Positions 54,715 to 64,000 of a DNA stretch of 64,000 bases are shown here, one piece after another. Within the stretch, counting starts at the first letter, position 1; every line of letters starts with the position of its first letter. The stretch covers positions 11,308 through 75,307 of the forward strand of contig WQWC01000005.1 of the NCBI GenBank assembly GCA_009785525.1, written 5' to 3'. The position numbers and the translations under genes were made by a program. A model generated the notes under the pieces. The model was not told the origin of the DNA, did not search any database, and saw only the letters and a list, made by a program, of their open reading frames with translations. This stretch comes from Oscillospiraceae bacterium. Its GTDB lineage: Bacteria; Bacillota; Clostridia; Oscillospirales; Oscillospiraceae.

Positions 54715-57700
54715 CTACAACGCATTCCCAGTGCCTATCAGCACGCTTAAATCAACATCGTTCTCCTCTTCCACCACGACGTAATCTGCCGGTGAGGATT
54801 CGACATAGCTCGCGACTTCGGAATATGCGCGGCTGACGGATTCGGATTCGCTGTCGAACTTTCTATACATCGCAAGGCCACTGCCGGCTGGGACAAGCTT
54901 GCCTATTATGACGTTTTCTTTCAGCCCGACAAGCCTGTCAACCTTACCTTTTATCGCCGCTTCTGTCAGAACCTTCGTTGTCTCCTGGAATGATGCCGCC
55001 GACAAGAACGACTCCGTCGCCAGTGATGCCTTTGTTATTCCCATCAGAAGCGGTGAGGATACGGCTGGTCGCAACGCGTCCCCTTCGGGAGATGTTTTCC
55101 CCTGTAACCCAACGTTAGCCTGTCTGAAATCTCCCAAATCAACCGTTGTGCCGACCAGCAAATCGGTATCTCCGCCGTCTTCGACCCTGATTTTTCTCAT
55201 CATCTGGCGGACTATGACTTCAATATGCTTGTCGTTGATACCAATGCCGTGCTGGCGGTAAACCTTCTGAACCTCGGAAATCAGGTAAGATTGGGCGGAG
55301 GCTTTGCCAAGTATCCGCATAACGTCGTGCGGATTCAACGCACCATCGGTCAATCTGTCCCCGGCTTGTACAGTGTCGCCCGACTTCACCCTTATACCGG
55401 CCGAATACGGGGATTGATAAACCTTTGCCTCGCCGTCTTTATCGCTTGTGATTGTAATCGCAACGACAGCGCTTTTACGTGTCTCTTCAACTTCTATAAC
55501 ACCGTCAATTTCGGCCAATATCGACATTTTTTTGGGCTTTCTGGCCTCGAACAACTCTTCAATACGCGGTAAGCCCTGCGTTATATCGTCACCCGCGACG
55601 CCGCCGGTGTGGAATGTTCTCATCGTCAGCTGCGTGCCCGGCTCACCTATCGACTGCGCGGCGATAACGCCAACTGCTTCTCCGATTGAAACTGCCTCAC
55701 CTGTGGCAAGGTTCACGCCATAACATTTTGCGCATATGCCGCTTTTGGCCTCGCAATCCAGAACCGTGCGTATTTTCAATGACTCTATCCCATGTGTCAG
55801 AAGCGTGTCTGCGTCATTCACATTAAGCATACGATCCTTTGAGAACAGCAGCTCACCCGTAGATTCATCAACAACATCGTCAGACGGATAACGCCCGTGT
55901 ATAACCTGCCCGAATGTTTCCAAAACGCTGCCGTATTCGACGATTTCTGATACCACGATCCCGTCTTTCGTGCCGCAGTCATGCTCACGTACTATCACGT
56001 CCTGCGAAACATCAACCAACCGGCGAGTCAGATATCCGGAGTCCGCAGTACGCAACGCCGTATCGGCAAGACCTTTACGCGCGCCGCGGGATGATATGAA
56101 ATATTCAAGCACAGTCAGTCCCTCACGGAAATTTGCCTTGATAGGAATCTCTATCGTCCTACCCGCCGCGTTTGCCATAAGGCCACGCATACCGGCAAGC
56201 TGCCTGATTTGGTTCATGCTGCCCCTGGCTCCGGAGTTCGCCATCATATAGATGGGATTCAGCTCGTTCAACGTACTTGTGAGCGCTTCGGTAACGTCTT
56301 TTGTCGTTTTCTCCCATTCTTTGACCACAAGGCGGTACCGCTCCTCATCAGTGATAAAACCGCGCCGGAACTGATTCTTAATAGACACTATTTTCTTTTC
56401 CGTTTCACTGATAAGCGTCCATTTTTCATCCGGAACCGTCATGTCGGATATGGATATCGTAATAGCGCCTTGTGTTGAGAATTGGAAGCCCAGCGCCTTG
56501 ATATCATCCAAAAGTTTCGCCGAACGTGTGAAGCCATGCTTTGCGATACAACGCTCTATTATACTTTCCAGTTGTTTATTGCCTGTCTGGAAGTCTATTT
56601 CATAGTCGAACATATGCTCCGGATCCAATCTGTCCACAAATCCAAGATCCTGCGGGATCGGTTCATTGAAGATGATCCGCCCCACCGTTGTTGCGATTAC
56701 ACGGCTTTCTTTTCGGCCGCTAACATCTTTTGTAACGCGCACATGTATCGGGGCGTGTATTCCAACGTCTCCGCACTGATACGCCATAAGAGCTTCATCC
56801 GGTGACACGAAAGATTTTCCGGAACCTATCTCGTCATCGCGCTGGAACGTCAGGTAATATGCGCCTAGGATCATGTCCTGCGTCGGCACTGTGACTGGCT
56901 GCCCGTCTTTCGGGTGAAGCAGGTTATTGGCCGATAGCATAAGAATCCTTGCCTCTGCCTGCGCCTCAGCCGATAGCGGTACGTGTATCGCCATCTGGTC
57001 GCCGTCAAAGTCTGCATTGTACGCCGTACAGACGAGCGGATGCAATTTTAACGCACGGCCTTCGACCAAAATCGGCTCGAACGCCTGTATACCCAATCTG
57101 TGTAGAGTCGGCGCGCGGTTCAACAGCACAGGATGTTCTTTAATCACCACTTCAAGTGCGTCCCACACCTCGGTGTTGCCTCTATCCACCATTTTCTTCG
57201 CGGATTTGATGTTGTTGGAAACTCCGTCTTCCACCAGCTTTTTCATAACAAACGGGCGAAAAAGCTCGATCGCCATTTCTTTCGGTACGCCGCACTGGTA
57301 GAGTTTCAAGTCCGGGCCGACGACAATGACCGATCTGCCGGAGTAGTCAACACGTTTTCCAAGCAGATTTTGCCGGAATCTGCCCTGTTTACCCTTGAGC
57401 ATATCGGAGAGCGATTTTAACGCGCGGGAATTAGCCCCCGTCACTGCCCTGCCGCGGCGGCCGTTGTCGATAAGCGCGTCAACTGCCTCCTGCAGCATAC
57501 GTTTTTCGTTCCTGACTATAATATCCGGCGCGTTCAGCTGTATCAGGCGTTTCAGGCGATTGTTTCTGTTAATAACGCGGCGGTATAAATCGTTCAAGTC
57601 GGACGTGGCAAATCTACCGCCATCGAGCTGAACCATCGGGCGTATTTCCGGCGGTATGACAGGCAGTATGTCGATTATCATCCACGTCGGGTCATTTCCT

Positions 57701-58353
57701 GATTGCCTAAACGCTTCGACAACTTCAAGTCTTTTTAAAAGCTTTGCCTTTTTCTGTCCTGCAGCCTCACGAGACTCTGTTTTGAGTTGTTCCGAGAATT
57801 TTTCGATATCGATATCTGCCAATAGGTCACGGATTGCCTCAGCACCCATTCCTGCCCTGAAATCATCCTCGTATTTCTCACGCATTTCGCGGTATTCTTT
57901 TTCTGTCAAAATCTGATTCTTACGCAACGGAGTGTCTCCGGGATCAATTACGATATACGTTGCGAAATACAGCACTTTTTCAAGTATCCGTGGTGTTAGA
58001 TCCAACAGCAGTCCCATACGGGATGGAATTCCCTTAAAATACCAAATGTGTGACACCGGGGCTGCCAGCTCAATATGCCCCATTCTCTCACGGCGGACGT
58101 TGGATTTCGTTACTTCAACACCACAACGGTCGCATATCTTGCCTTTATAGCGTATCTTTTTATATTTACCGCAGTGGCACTCCCAGTCTTTGGTCGGGCC
58201 GAATATTTTTTCGCAGAACAGCCCGTCACGTTCTGGTTTTAATGTTCTGTAGTTGATTGTTTCCGGCTTTTTCACCTCACCGGTGGACCAGCTTTTTATC
58301 ATGTCCGGGGAAGCAAGGCCGATTTGCATCGCGTCGAAAGGCATTCCGCTCAT
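54715..58353 (-). CDS. rpoC: DNA-directed RNA polymerase subunit beta'
   Basis: NADFDGDQM catalytic motif, zinc-binding [23 protein letters not shown], and [13 protein letters not shown]-terminus. The ATG overlaps the rpoB TAA by 1 nt (TAATG). Confidence 0.98.
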   Translation of the reverse strand: MSGMPFDAMQIGLASPDMIKSWSTGEVKKPETINYRTLKPERDGLFCEKIFGPTKDWECHCGKYKKIRYKGKICDRCGVEVTKSNVRRERMGHIELAAPVSHIWYFKGIPSRMGLLLDLTPRILEKVLYFATYIVIDPGDTPLRKNQILTEKEYREMREKYEDDFRAGMGAEAIRDLLADIDIEKFSEQLKTESREAAGQKKAKLLKRLEVVEAFRQSGNDPTWMIIDILPVIPPEIRPMVQLDGGRFATSDLNDLYRRVINRNNRLKRLIQLNAPDIIVRNEKRMLQEAVDALIDNGRRGRAVTGANSRALKSLSDMLKGKQGRFRQNLLGKRVDYSGRSVIVVGPDLKLYQCGVPKEMAIELFRPFVMKKLVEDGVSNNIKSAKKMVDRGNTEVWDALEVVIKEHPVLLNRAPTLHRLGIQAFEPILVEGRALKLHPLVCTAYNADFDGDQMAIHVPLSAEAQAEARILMLSANNLLHPKDGQPVTVPTQDMILGAYYLTFQRDDEIGSGKSFVSPDEALMAYQCGDVGIHAPIHVRVTKDVSGRKESRVIATTVGRIIFNEPIPQDLGFVDRLDPEHMFDYEIDFQTGNKQLESIIERCIAKHGFTRSAKLLDDIKALGFQFSTQGAITISISDMTVPDEKWTLISETEKKIVSIKNQFRRGFITDEERYRLVVKEWEKTTKDVTEALTSTLNELNPIYMMANSGARGSMNQIRQLAGMRGLMANAAGRTIEIPIKANFREGLTVLEYFISSRGARKGLADTALRTADSGYLTRRLVDVSQDVIVREHDCGTKDGIVVSEIVEYGSVLETFGQVIHGRYPSDDVVDESTGELLFSKDRMLNVNDADTLLTHGIESLKIRTVLDCEAKSGICAKCYGVNLATGEAVSIGEAVGVIAAQSIGEPGTQLTMRTFHTGGVAGDDITQGLPRIEELFEARKPKKMSILAEIDGVIEVEETRKSAVVAITITSDKDGEAKVYQSPYSAGIRVKSGDTVQAGDRLTDGALNPHDVMRILGKASAQSYLISEVQKVYRQHGIGINDKHIEVIVRQMMRKIRVEDGGDTDLLVGTTVDLGDFRQANVGLQGKTSPEGDALRPAVSSPLLMGITKASLATESFLSAASFQETTKVLTEAAIKGKVDRLVGLKENVIIGKLVPAGSGLAMYRKFDSESESVSRAYSEVASYVESSPADYVVVEEENDVDLSVLIGTGNAL

Positions 58354-61300
58354 TATTCGCTTTCCTCCTCTTCATCTTCATCCGGGAGATCGAACATTTC
58401 TTCATCGTTGTCATATTCACCGGGGTCTTCGAACTCGTCGTCGTTATCACCGTCTTCATCGCCCGACATTTCTTCGTCCAGCATTTCTTCGGTTATTTCG
58501 GTAATCGAATAACCTCTGGAGGAGAACTCGTCATCATCGCTTTTGTAAAAACTTCTATCGCGCATGTTGTCGCCCATGTCATCGTCATCATTGCTCTGCA
58601 GTTCAATCTTCATGCCGTTTTCGTCCAGAACTCTAACATCCAGACACAGCGATTGCAGCTCTTTCACAAGCACTTTGAACGACTCCGGTACGCCCGGCTT
58701 CGGGATATTGTTGCCTTTTACAATCGCCTCGTAAGTCCGCACCCTGCCTGTCACGTCGTCGGATTTTACCGTTAGAATCTCCTGTAGAGTATAAGCCGCT
58801 CCGTACGCCTCCAGTGCCCAGACTTCCATCTCGCCGAACCGCTGTCCGCCGAACTGGGCTTTTCCGCCAAGCGGCTGCTGCGTGACGAGACTATACGGCC
58901 CTGTGGATCTGGCATGTATCTTGTCGTCTACCAGATGGTGCAGTTTTAAGAAGTAAACATAACCGACGGTTACGGGGTTATCAAACGGCTCTCCGGTCCG
59001 TCCGTCGTACAATACGCTTTTACCGTCTTCGCGCAGGCCGGCTAATTTCAGGGTATCCCATATATCCTGCTCGTTCGCGCCGTTAAATATAGGCGTGGCG
59101 ACTTTCCAGCCAAGCGTATGCGCGGCGTATCCGAGGTGGACTTCTAGCACTTGGCCAATGTTCATTCGGGACGGGACGCCCAGCGGATTCAGGATAATAT
59201 CAAGCGGCGTTCCGTCCGGCAGATATGGCATATCTTCTTTCGGCAGTATCCTAGACACAACGCCTTTGTTCCCGTGCCGCCCAGCCATTTTGTCACCGAC
59301 GCTGATTTTGCGCTTATGTGCGATATAGCAGCGGACGACCATATTCACACCGGGATTCAGTTCATCGCCGTTTTCGCGTGTAAAGACTTTGACGTCAACC
59401 ACAATTCCGCTCTCACCGTGCGGGACTTTTAGTGAGGTATCTCTGACTTCACGCGCTTTTTCGCCGAATATGGCACGTAAAAGCCGTTCTTCCGCCGTGA
59501 GATCCGTCTCTCCTTTTGGCGTGACTTTGCCGACCAGGATATCGCCGGCCTGAACTTCTGCGCCGATGCTTATAATGCCGCGCTCATCCAGATAGCGCAG
59601 TGAGTCCTCACCCACGCCGGGGATATCACGCGTGATCTCCTCTGGACCCAATTTTGTGTCGCGGGCATCAATCTCATGCTCTTCTATGTGTATCGATGTG
59701 AACACGTCGTCCATTGCAAGACGCTCGTTTATCAGAATCGCGTCCTCGTAATTATAGCCTTCCCATGTCATAAATCCGACGAGGATGTTTTTGCCCAGCG
59801 ATATTTCACCTTCGCTGGTTGACGGCCCGTCGGCCAAGATATCGCCTGCTTTTACGAAATCCCCGACATTGACAATCGGACGCTGGTTCGTGCATGTACC
59901 TTGATTGCTGCGGGAAAATTTAGTCAGCATGTGATTGACAGGGCCGGTTCCGCTGTAATCGACCGTTATACGCGTGGATGATACGTATGTCACCGTACCC
60001 TCACCATGCGCCGTCATAACAACTGTCGAATCCACAGCGCATTTGTGCTCTATCCCGGTAGCGACAATCGGCGCTTCCGGCATCAATAACGGCACGGCCT
60101 GACGCTGCATGTTCGCGCCCATCAACGCGCGGTTGGCATCGTCATTTTCAAGGAATGGAATCATCGCGGTGGCTATCGACACCATCATACTCGGTGATAT
60201 ATCAATAAAGTCAATTCTGTCACGGTTAACCGCAACTATCTCGTCACGGTGGCGACACGTTATACGCTCATTCATCAGGTAGCCATCTTCATCGACAGGC
60301 TCAGTCGCCTGCGCTATGAAATACTGGTCTTCCATATCTGCCGCGAGATAAACCACCTCATCAGTTATCCGGCCAGATTCTTTGTCCACCTTGCGGAACG
60401 GGGCAATCATAAAGCCGTATTCATTGACTTTCGCGTAGGAGGCAAGGTACGATATAAGGCCGATATTCGGGCCTTCCGGCGTCTCAATCGGACACATGCG
60501 TCCATAGTGGCTGTAGTGTACGTCACGCACATCGAAGCTCGCACGCTCTCTTGAAAGTCCGCCCGGGCCCAGCGCCGACAGACGCCGCTTGTGCGTAAGC
60601 TCCGCCAGCGGATTTGTCTGATCCATAAACTGCGACAGCGGTGAGCTGCCGAAGAATTCTTTAATTGCCGCCGTGACCGGCCTGATATTAATCAGCGACT
60701 GCGGTGTGATGATATCAAGGTCTTGCAGCGTCATGCGCTCACGTATAACACGCTCCATGCGGGAAAATCCGACCCTGAACTGATTTTGAAGCAGTTCACC
60801 CACGCTTCTCATGCGGCGGTTGCCGAGATGGTCGATATCATCCGGCTCACCCAAACCGTGGGCGATGCAGTTGAGATAGTTAACCGACGCGAAAATATCG
60901 TCAGGTATCAGGTGCTTTGGAATCAGCAAGTCTAAGTTTTCAAGTATCGCTTCTTTTAACTCTTCCCCGTTGTATTTTTCCAGCATGTCTTTTAGGACGA
61001 TAAAACGCACTCTCTCTTTGATTCCGAGTTCTTCTTCCGGGTTGAAATCCACAAATCCGTCCATCTTCACCATGCCGTTGGCAAAGACTTTGACTTCACG
61101 CCCGTCAACATGTACATAGACGTCATTGACTCCGCGCGCGTCAAGCTCCTCAGCGCGCGCGCGCGTGAGCTGTTCTCCGGCTTCGGCGATCACTTCGCCT
61201 GTCATCGGGTCCGCCACGGGTTGCGCCAGCGTCTGCCCCATGATACGCGGCCAGATCGCCAGCTTTTTGTTAAACTTATACCGCCCGACAGTCGATATAT

Positions 61301-62150
61301 CATACCGGCGAGAGTCGAAAAACAGGTTTTGCAATAAAGTCTGCGCTGAGTCAATTGTCGGCGGGTCACCGGGACGCAGTCTTTTATATAGCTCAATCAA
61401 CGCCTCGTCGCTGTTGCGGCAGACGTCTTTTTCCAGTGTTGCGTTAATGCGCTCGTCATCGCCGAAGATGGCTTTCAGCTGCTCATTCGTCTCGGCGCCG
61501 CTTTCCGCCCCGGCGGCGGAGAGGTGCGTATAGACACTTTGATTCGGCCTGCCGACAGCGCGTAACAGCCATGTCACCGGGAGTTTTCTGTTCTTATCCA
61601 CGCGGACGTAAAAATTCTCCGACGCGTCGGTCTCATACTCAAGCCACGCGCCGCGGTACGGAATCAACGTTGCCGCATGAATCATAACTGATGTTTTTAT
61701 ATCTGTCTTACGTTCATAATAAACACTCGGTGACCTGATTATCTGCGAGACGACCACACGTTCCGCGCCGTTTATTATAAATGTACCGGCATTTGTCATA
61801 ATCGGGAAATCGCCCATAAAGATTTCCTGCTCTTTGATCTCCTCGGTTTCCTTATTGCGCAGGCGGACGCTGACTTTGAGCGGAGCCGCATAGGTGGTGT
61901 CTCGGGCCTTGCATTCCTCGACTGAATATTTTGGGTTTTCGTTCATATTATAGTCAATAAACGTCAGCTCAAGATTACCGGTGTGGTCGGTAATCGCGGC
62001 GACGTCTCGGAACACCTCTCTCAGCCCGGATTCTAGAAACCAGTCATAAGAGAACTTCTGAACCTCCAGGAGATTGGGCATTTCTTGGATTTCCTCTGTT
62101 TTGGCGTAACTTTTGCGGATAGTTTTGCCGTATACCACGTCTTTCGGCAT
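58353..62150 (-). CDS. rpoB: DNA-directed RNA polymerase subunit beta, with ~85-aa acidic C-terminal extension
   Basis: [15 protein letters not shown] and [22 protein letters not shown] motifs. ATG 62150 (MPKDVVYG) has a GGGAG RBS 8 nt upstream; the track's GTG at 62159 overlaps that RBS. Confidence 0.97.
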   Translation of the reverse strand: MPKDVVYGKTIRKSYAKTEEIQEMPNLLEVQKFSYDWFLESGLREVFRDVAAITDHTGNLELTFIDYNMNENPKYSVEECKARDTTYAAPLKVSVRLRNKETEEIKEQEIFMGDFPIMTNAGTFIINGAERVVVSQIIRSPSVYYERKTDIKTSVMIHAATLIPYRGAWLEYETDASENFYVRVDKNRKLPVTWLLRAVGRPNQSVYTHLSAAGAESGAETNEQLKAIFGDDERINATLEKDVCRNSDEALIELYKRLRPGDPPTIDSAQTLLQNLFFDSRRYDISTVGRYKFNKKLAIWPRIMGQTLAQPVADPMTGEVIAEAGEQLTRARAEELDARGVNDVYVHVDGREVKVFANGMVKMDGFVDFNPEEELGIKERVRFIVLKDMLEKYNGEELKEAILENLDLLIPKHLIPDDIFASVNYLNCIAHGLGEPDDIDHLGNRRMRSVGELLQNQFRVGFSRMERVIRERMTLQDLDIITPQSLINIRPVTAAIKEFFGSSPLSQFMDQTNPLAELTHKRRLSALGPGGLSRERASFDVRDVHYSHYGRMCPIETPEGPNIGLISYLASYAKVNEYGFMIAPFRKVDKESGRITDEVVYLAADMEDQYFIAQATEPVDEDGYLMNERITCRHRDEIVAVNRDRIDFIDISPSMMVSIATAMIPFLENDDANRALMGANMQRQAVPLLMPEAPIVATGIEHKCAVDSTVVMTAHGEGTVTYVSSTRITVDYSGTGPVNHMLTKFSRSNQGTCTNQRPIVNVGDFVKAGDILADGPSTSEGEISLGKNILVGFMTWEGYNYEDAILINERLAMDDVFTSIHIEEHEIDARDTKLGPEEITRDIPGVGEDSLRYLDERGIISIGAEVQAGDILVGKVTPKGETDLTAEERLLRAIFGEKAREVRDTSLKVPHGESGIVVDVKVFTRENGDELNPGVNMVVRCYIAHKRKISVGDKMAGRHGNKGVVSRILPKEDMPYLPDGTPLDIILNPLGVPSRMNIGQVLEVHLGYAAHTLGWKVATPIFNGANEQDIWDTLKLAGLREDGKSVLYDGRTGEPFDNPVTVGYVYFLKLHHLVDDKIHARSTGPYSLVTQQPLGGKAQFGGQRFGEMEVWALEAYGAAYTLQEILTVKSDDVTGRVRTYEAIVKGNNIPKPGVPESFKVLVKELQSLCLDVRVLDENGMKIELQSNDDDDMGDNMRDRSFYKSDDDEFSSRGYSITEITEEMLDEEMSGDEDGDNDDEFEDPGEYDNDEEMFDLPDEDEEEESE

Positions 62151-62318
62151 TGACTTCACTCCCTACTTTTGTATACAATAATTATCGCGACACACACGGA
62201 TCGGTTGTTTGAATTTGGCTTAACGTTTCGACAAAGTGTTGACAAACAGCTTTAAAATGTGCTAGACTACGCTCGGTGAGGGTATCGGGTTCATTTGCGT
62301 TTATAGACATACCATAAT

Positions 62319-62346
62319 ATTCTACCACGCTTTGCGGCTTTGTCAA
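62319..62346 (-). promoter_or_regulatory. Candidate rpoBC promoter
   Basis: On the minus strand: A-rich UP-like tract, TTGACA (62346-62341), 16-nt spacer, TGg-TAGAAT (62324-62319). The leader would be about 160 nt. Confidence 0.6.
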
Positions 62347-62374
62347 GCTTTTTTTAATATGGGTAAAAATAAAT

Positions 62375-62404
62375 CAAAAAAGGGGCCGATCCCGGCCCCT
62401 TTTG
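62375..62404. terminator. Bidirectional hairpin terminator downstream of the 62405-62710 gene
   Basis: AAAAAA-GGGGCCG-atcc-CGGCCCC-TTTT. Confidence 0.75.
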
Positions 62405-62710
62405 CTATTCCGCGACTATTTCAAGCTCGCGGATTTTTACGTGGTTTTTATATATTTTTATCTGGTACATCACATCTCCCTCAATCGGTCCGAAGAAAAA
62501 ATGTCCCTCGTCATCGGTGAACTGTCTGTCGATAAGTTTTTTCTCTTCCCCGGTGCGGAAAAGCAACACAAGCGCGCCTGAAACCCGTGTGCCTTTTCCG
62601 GAAAATACAGTACCTGAAATCGCGGCGGACGAATCCGGCGTTAAATTGACCGTTGTCTCAATATGTTCCCCCGCCGCGGGCTTGAAATAAAATTTTTCAC
62701 CCGAGCTCAA
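62405..62710 (-). CDS. Hypothetical small protein with carboxypeptidase-regulatory-like (transthyretin/Ig-like beta-sandwich) features
   Basis: ISGTVFSGKGTRVSGALVLLFR...TDDEGHFFFGPIEGDVMYQIKIY resembles CarboxypepD_reg repeats. TTG 62710 has an AGGTGA RBS 7 nt upstream. The frame is open to a GTG at 62755, but that codon lies inside the repeat element. Confidence 0.5.
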   Translation of the reverse strand: MSSGEKFYFKPAAGEHIETTVNLTPDSSAAISGTVFSGKGTRVSGALVLLFRTGEEKKLIDRQFTDDEGHFFFGPIEGDVMYQIKIYKNHVKIRELEIVAE

Positions 62711-62740
62711 TTGTATATCACCTGCCCTGTTATTATCATT

Positions 62741-62808
62741 TGTAGGGGCGGTCACTGGACGTCCGTGGTTGACTGAGATATATGGACATGCGATGCGCCC
62801 CCCCTACA
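62741..62808. repeat. GC-rich palindromic element (copy 9) with clear terminal inverted repeats
   Basis: TGTAGGGGCGG (62741-62751) ... GCGCCCCCCCTACA (62795-62808). Confidence 0.65.
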
Positions 62809-62848
62809 GCGTGCCGTACTCAATTTGCAACACCCCTAAAATAATATA

Positions 62849-62877
62849 TTGACATCCCCTCATCCTTGTGCTACAAT
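62849..62877 (+). promoter_or_regulatory. Promoter of the leu leader
   Basis: TTGACA (62849-62854), 17-nt spacer ending in TGc, TACAAT (62872-62877). Confidence 0.7.
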
Positions 62878-62884
62878 ACACTAA

Positions 62885-63187
62885 TATTTTAATATTTCTA
62901 ATTGCATTGAAGAGAAATAGTACCTGCTTATTCAAAGTGCAGAGAGGGCCGGGTTGGTGTAACGGCTTGTTTGGATGAACGGAGAACTCGTCTCGGAGCT
63001 GTGCGCGGAACGTGAGATATTTTTACTTTCACCATTATGCCGCACCGGAAGCCCGCCGTTATACGGGACGCGATATTGGGTTACAGTATCGTTAGTGAGT
63101 GTACGCCGCCGTTTAACCGGCCGCGTGAATTCAGGTGGTACCGCGAGGCTTTAAGCTCCTCGTCCTGATTATAGGACGAGGCTTTTT
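62885..63187 (+). promoter_or_regulatory. T-box riboswitch leader, probable Leu specifier (CUC)
   Basis: AGAGA at 62941. Candidate specifier GAA-CTC-G at 62987-62989. T-box sequence AATTCAGGTGGTACCGCGAGG at 63128-63148. Terminator CCTCGTCCT-gattat-AGGACGAGG plus T5 at 63158-63187. Confidence 0.85.
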
Positions 63188-63212
63188 GTATTTTATAAGG
63201 AGGAGAATCATC

Positions 63213-64000
63213 ATGTCAGACAAAAATCGAATTATCATCTTTGACACAACTTTACGCGATGGAGAGCAAACGCCGGGAGTCAACCTGAATCTTTCAGAAA
63301 AAGTCGAGATCGCCCGCCAGCTTGAGCTGCTTGGGGTTGATATCATTGAGGCGGGATTCCCTGCTGCTTCTCAAGGCGATTTTGAAGCGGTCTCCGCCGT
63401 TGCCAAAATCGTTGGTTGCGGCGTCGCTGCGCTGTGCCGATGCAATGAAGCGGATATCGCAAGAGGCTGGGAGGCTGTCAAACACGCGAAAAAGCCGCGC
63501 CTTCACGTATTTCTCGCCACCAGTGAAATCCACATGACCCATAAGCTTCACATGACGCCGGAAGAAGTTATTCAAAACGTCGCAGAGAGCGTCGCGCTCG
63601 CGAAATCCCTGTGCGATGACATCGAGTTTTCGTGCGAAGACGCATCCCGGTCGGAACCTGAGTTTATGTACAAGGTTATCGAAACGGCAATCGCGTCCGG
63701 GGCAACGACGATAAATATCCCTGACACCGTCGGCTATGCTGTGCCGGGCGAGTTTTCCAATCTTATTAGCGGCATCTTTGAAAACGTGCCTAATATCAAC
63801 GGCGTTGTCATCAGCGTGCATTGCCATGATGATCTCGGACTCGCCGTTGCAAACACGCTGTCCGCCGTGGCTGCGGGGGCGCGACAGGTGGAGACGACGA
63901 TTAACGGCCTCGGCGAACGCGCGGGGAATTGCTCCATGGAAGAAGTCGTGATGGCGCTTTCGACGCGTGAGCCAGCTTTCGGAATAAATCATAGCATTGA
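63213..64000 (+). CDS. leuA: 2-isopropylmalate synthase, 3' end outside window
   Basis: [23 protein letters not shown] ... [29 protein letters not shown]. There is no stop before the window end, so it is absent from the ORF track. The minus-strand ORFs listed here are antisense shadows. Confidence 0.94.
   Translation, partial: MSDKNRIIIFDTTLRDGEQTPGVNLNLSEKVEIARQLELLGVDIIEAGFPAASQGDFEAVSAVAKIVGCGVAALCRCNEADIARGWEAVKHAKKPRLHVFLATSEIHMTHKLHMTPEEVIQNVAESVALAKSLCDDIEFSCEDASRSEPEFMYKVIETAIASGATTINIPDTVGYAVPGEFSNLISGIFENVPNINGVVISVHCHDDLGLAVANTLSAVAAGARQVETTINGLGERAGNCSMEEVVMALSTREPAFGINHSI

Noticed and set aside
54472-54784. Small ORFs (63-80 aa) in the rpoC-rpsL spacer on both strands
   Set aside because: They are Arg/Pro/Gly/Thr-rich translations of the palindromic repeat, overlap one another on both strands, have no RBS, and overlap the rpoC 3' end.
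11081-62808. CRISPR array interpretation of the recurring GC-rich palindromes
   Set aside because: The copies are scattered tens of kb apart in separate intergenic regions. They are not tandem with regular spacers, and no cas genes are present.
63294-63992. 232-aa minus-strand ORF at the window end
   Set aside because: It is the antisense shadow of leuA. The plus-strand frame gives an unmistakable 2-isopropylmalate synthase N-terminus preceded by a Leu T-box and RBS.

Overview
64 kb of a Firmicutes (Clostridia-type) chromosome, roughly 50-55% GC by eye and almost entirely core housekeeping. All product calls come from reading motifs in the translations; no searches were run and no GC values were computed. 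Plus-strand block (1-19.5 kb): yceD-rpmF, a DUF512 radical-SAM-like gene, der-plsY-gpsA, murD, two M42 aminopeptidase paralogs, a YnbB-type PLP enzyme, a GNAT, then a Trp T-box leader followed by a permease and trpDCFBA with no trpE/trpG. Minus-strand blocks:
- leuS-rsfS-LCP-nadD::yqeK-yhbY-rdgB-ftsY-smc
- radical SAM-rnc-acpP-plsX
- trmFO-topA-dprA
- trmH-like-lysS-greA
- S41 peptidase-M23 peptidase-ftsX-ftsE-PucR
- tuf-fusA-rpsG-rpsL
- rpoC-rpoB
The window ends with a Leu T-box leader and a 3'-truncated leuA.

Four genes are absent from or misrepresented in the ORF track: rpmF (GTG start, 54 codons), leuA (no stop in the window), a 46-aa Cys-rich ORF, and the Walker-A N-terminus of smc, which appears to begin at a CTG codon.

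Accessory or unusual content:
1. An AT-rich two-gene island between gpsA and murD (5855-7414). It encodes a Panacea/DUF4065-like protein and a 3-TM protein, driven by a near-consensus promoter overlapped by a perfect 21-nt palindrome. This is my best candidate for an undescribed toxin-antitoxin or abortive-infection-like system.
2. A dispersed family of GC-rich intergenic palindromic elements with TGTAGGGGCG / CGCCCCTACA-type ends at about 9 sites. Several have a TAG that doubles as the stop codon of the neighbouring gene.
3. A T-box-controlled permease-trpDCFBA operon, suggesting precursor (anthranilate?) salvage.
4. Single-gene AT-rich insertions: a TIM-barrel isomerase-like gene and GNATs.
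5. A lone tyrosine recombinase next to a 32-nt perfect palindrome.

I saw no CRISPR array, rRNA, tRNA or clear prophage.
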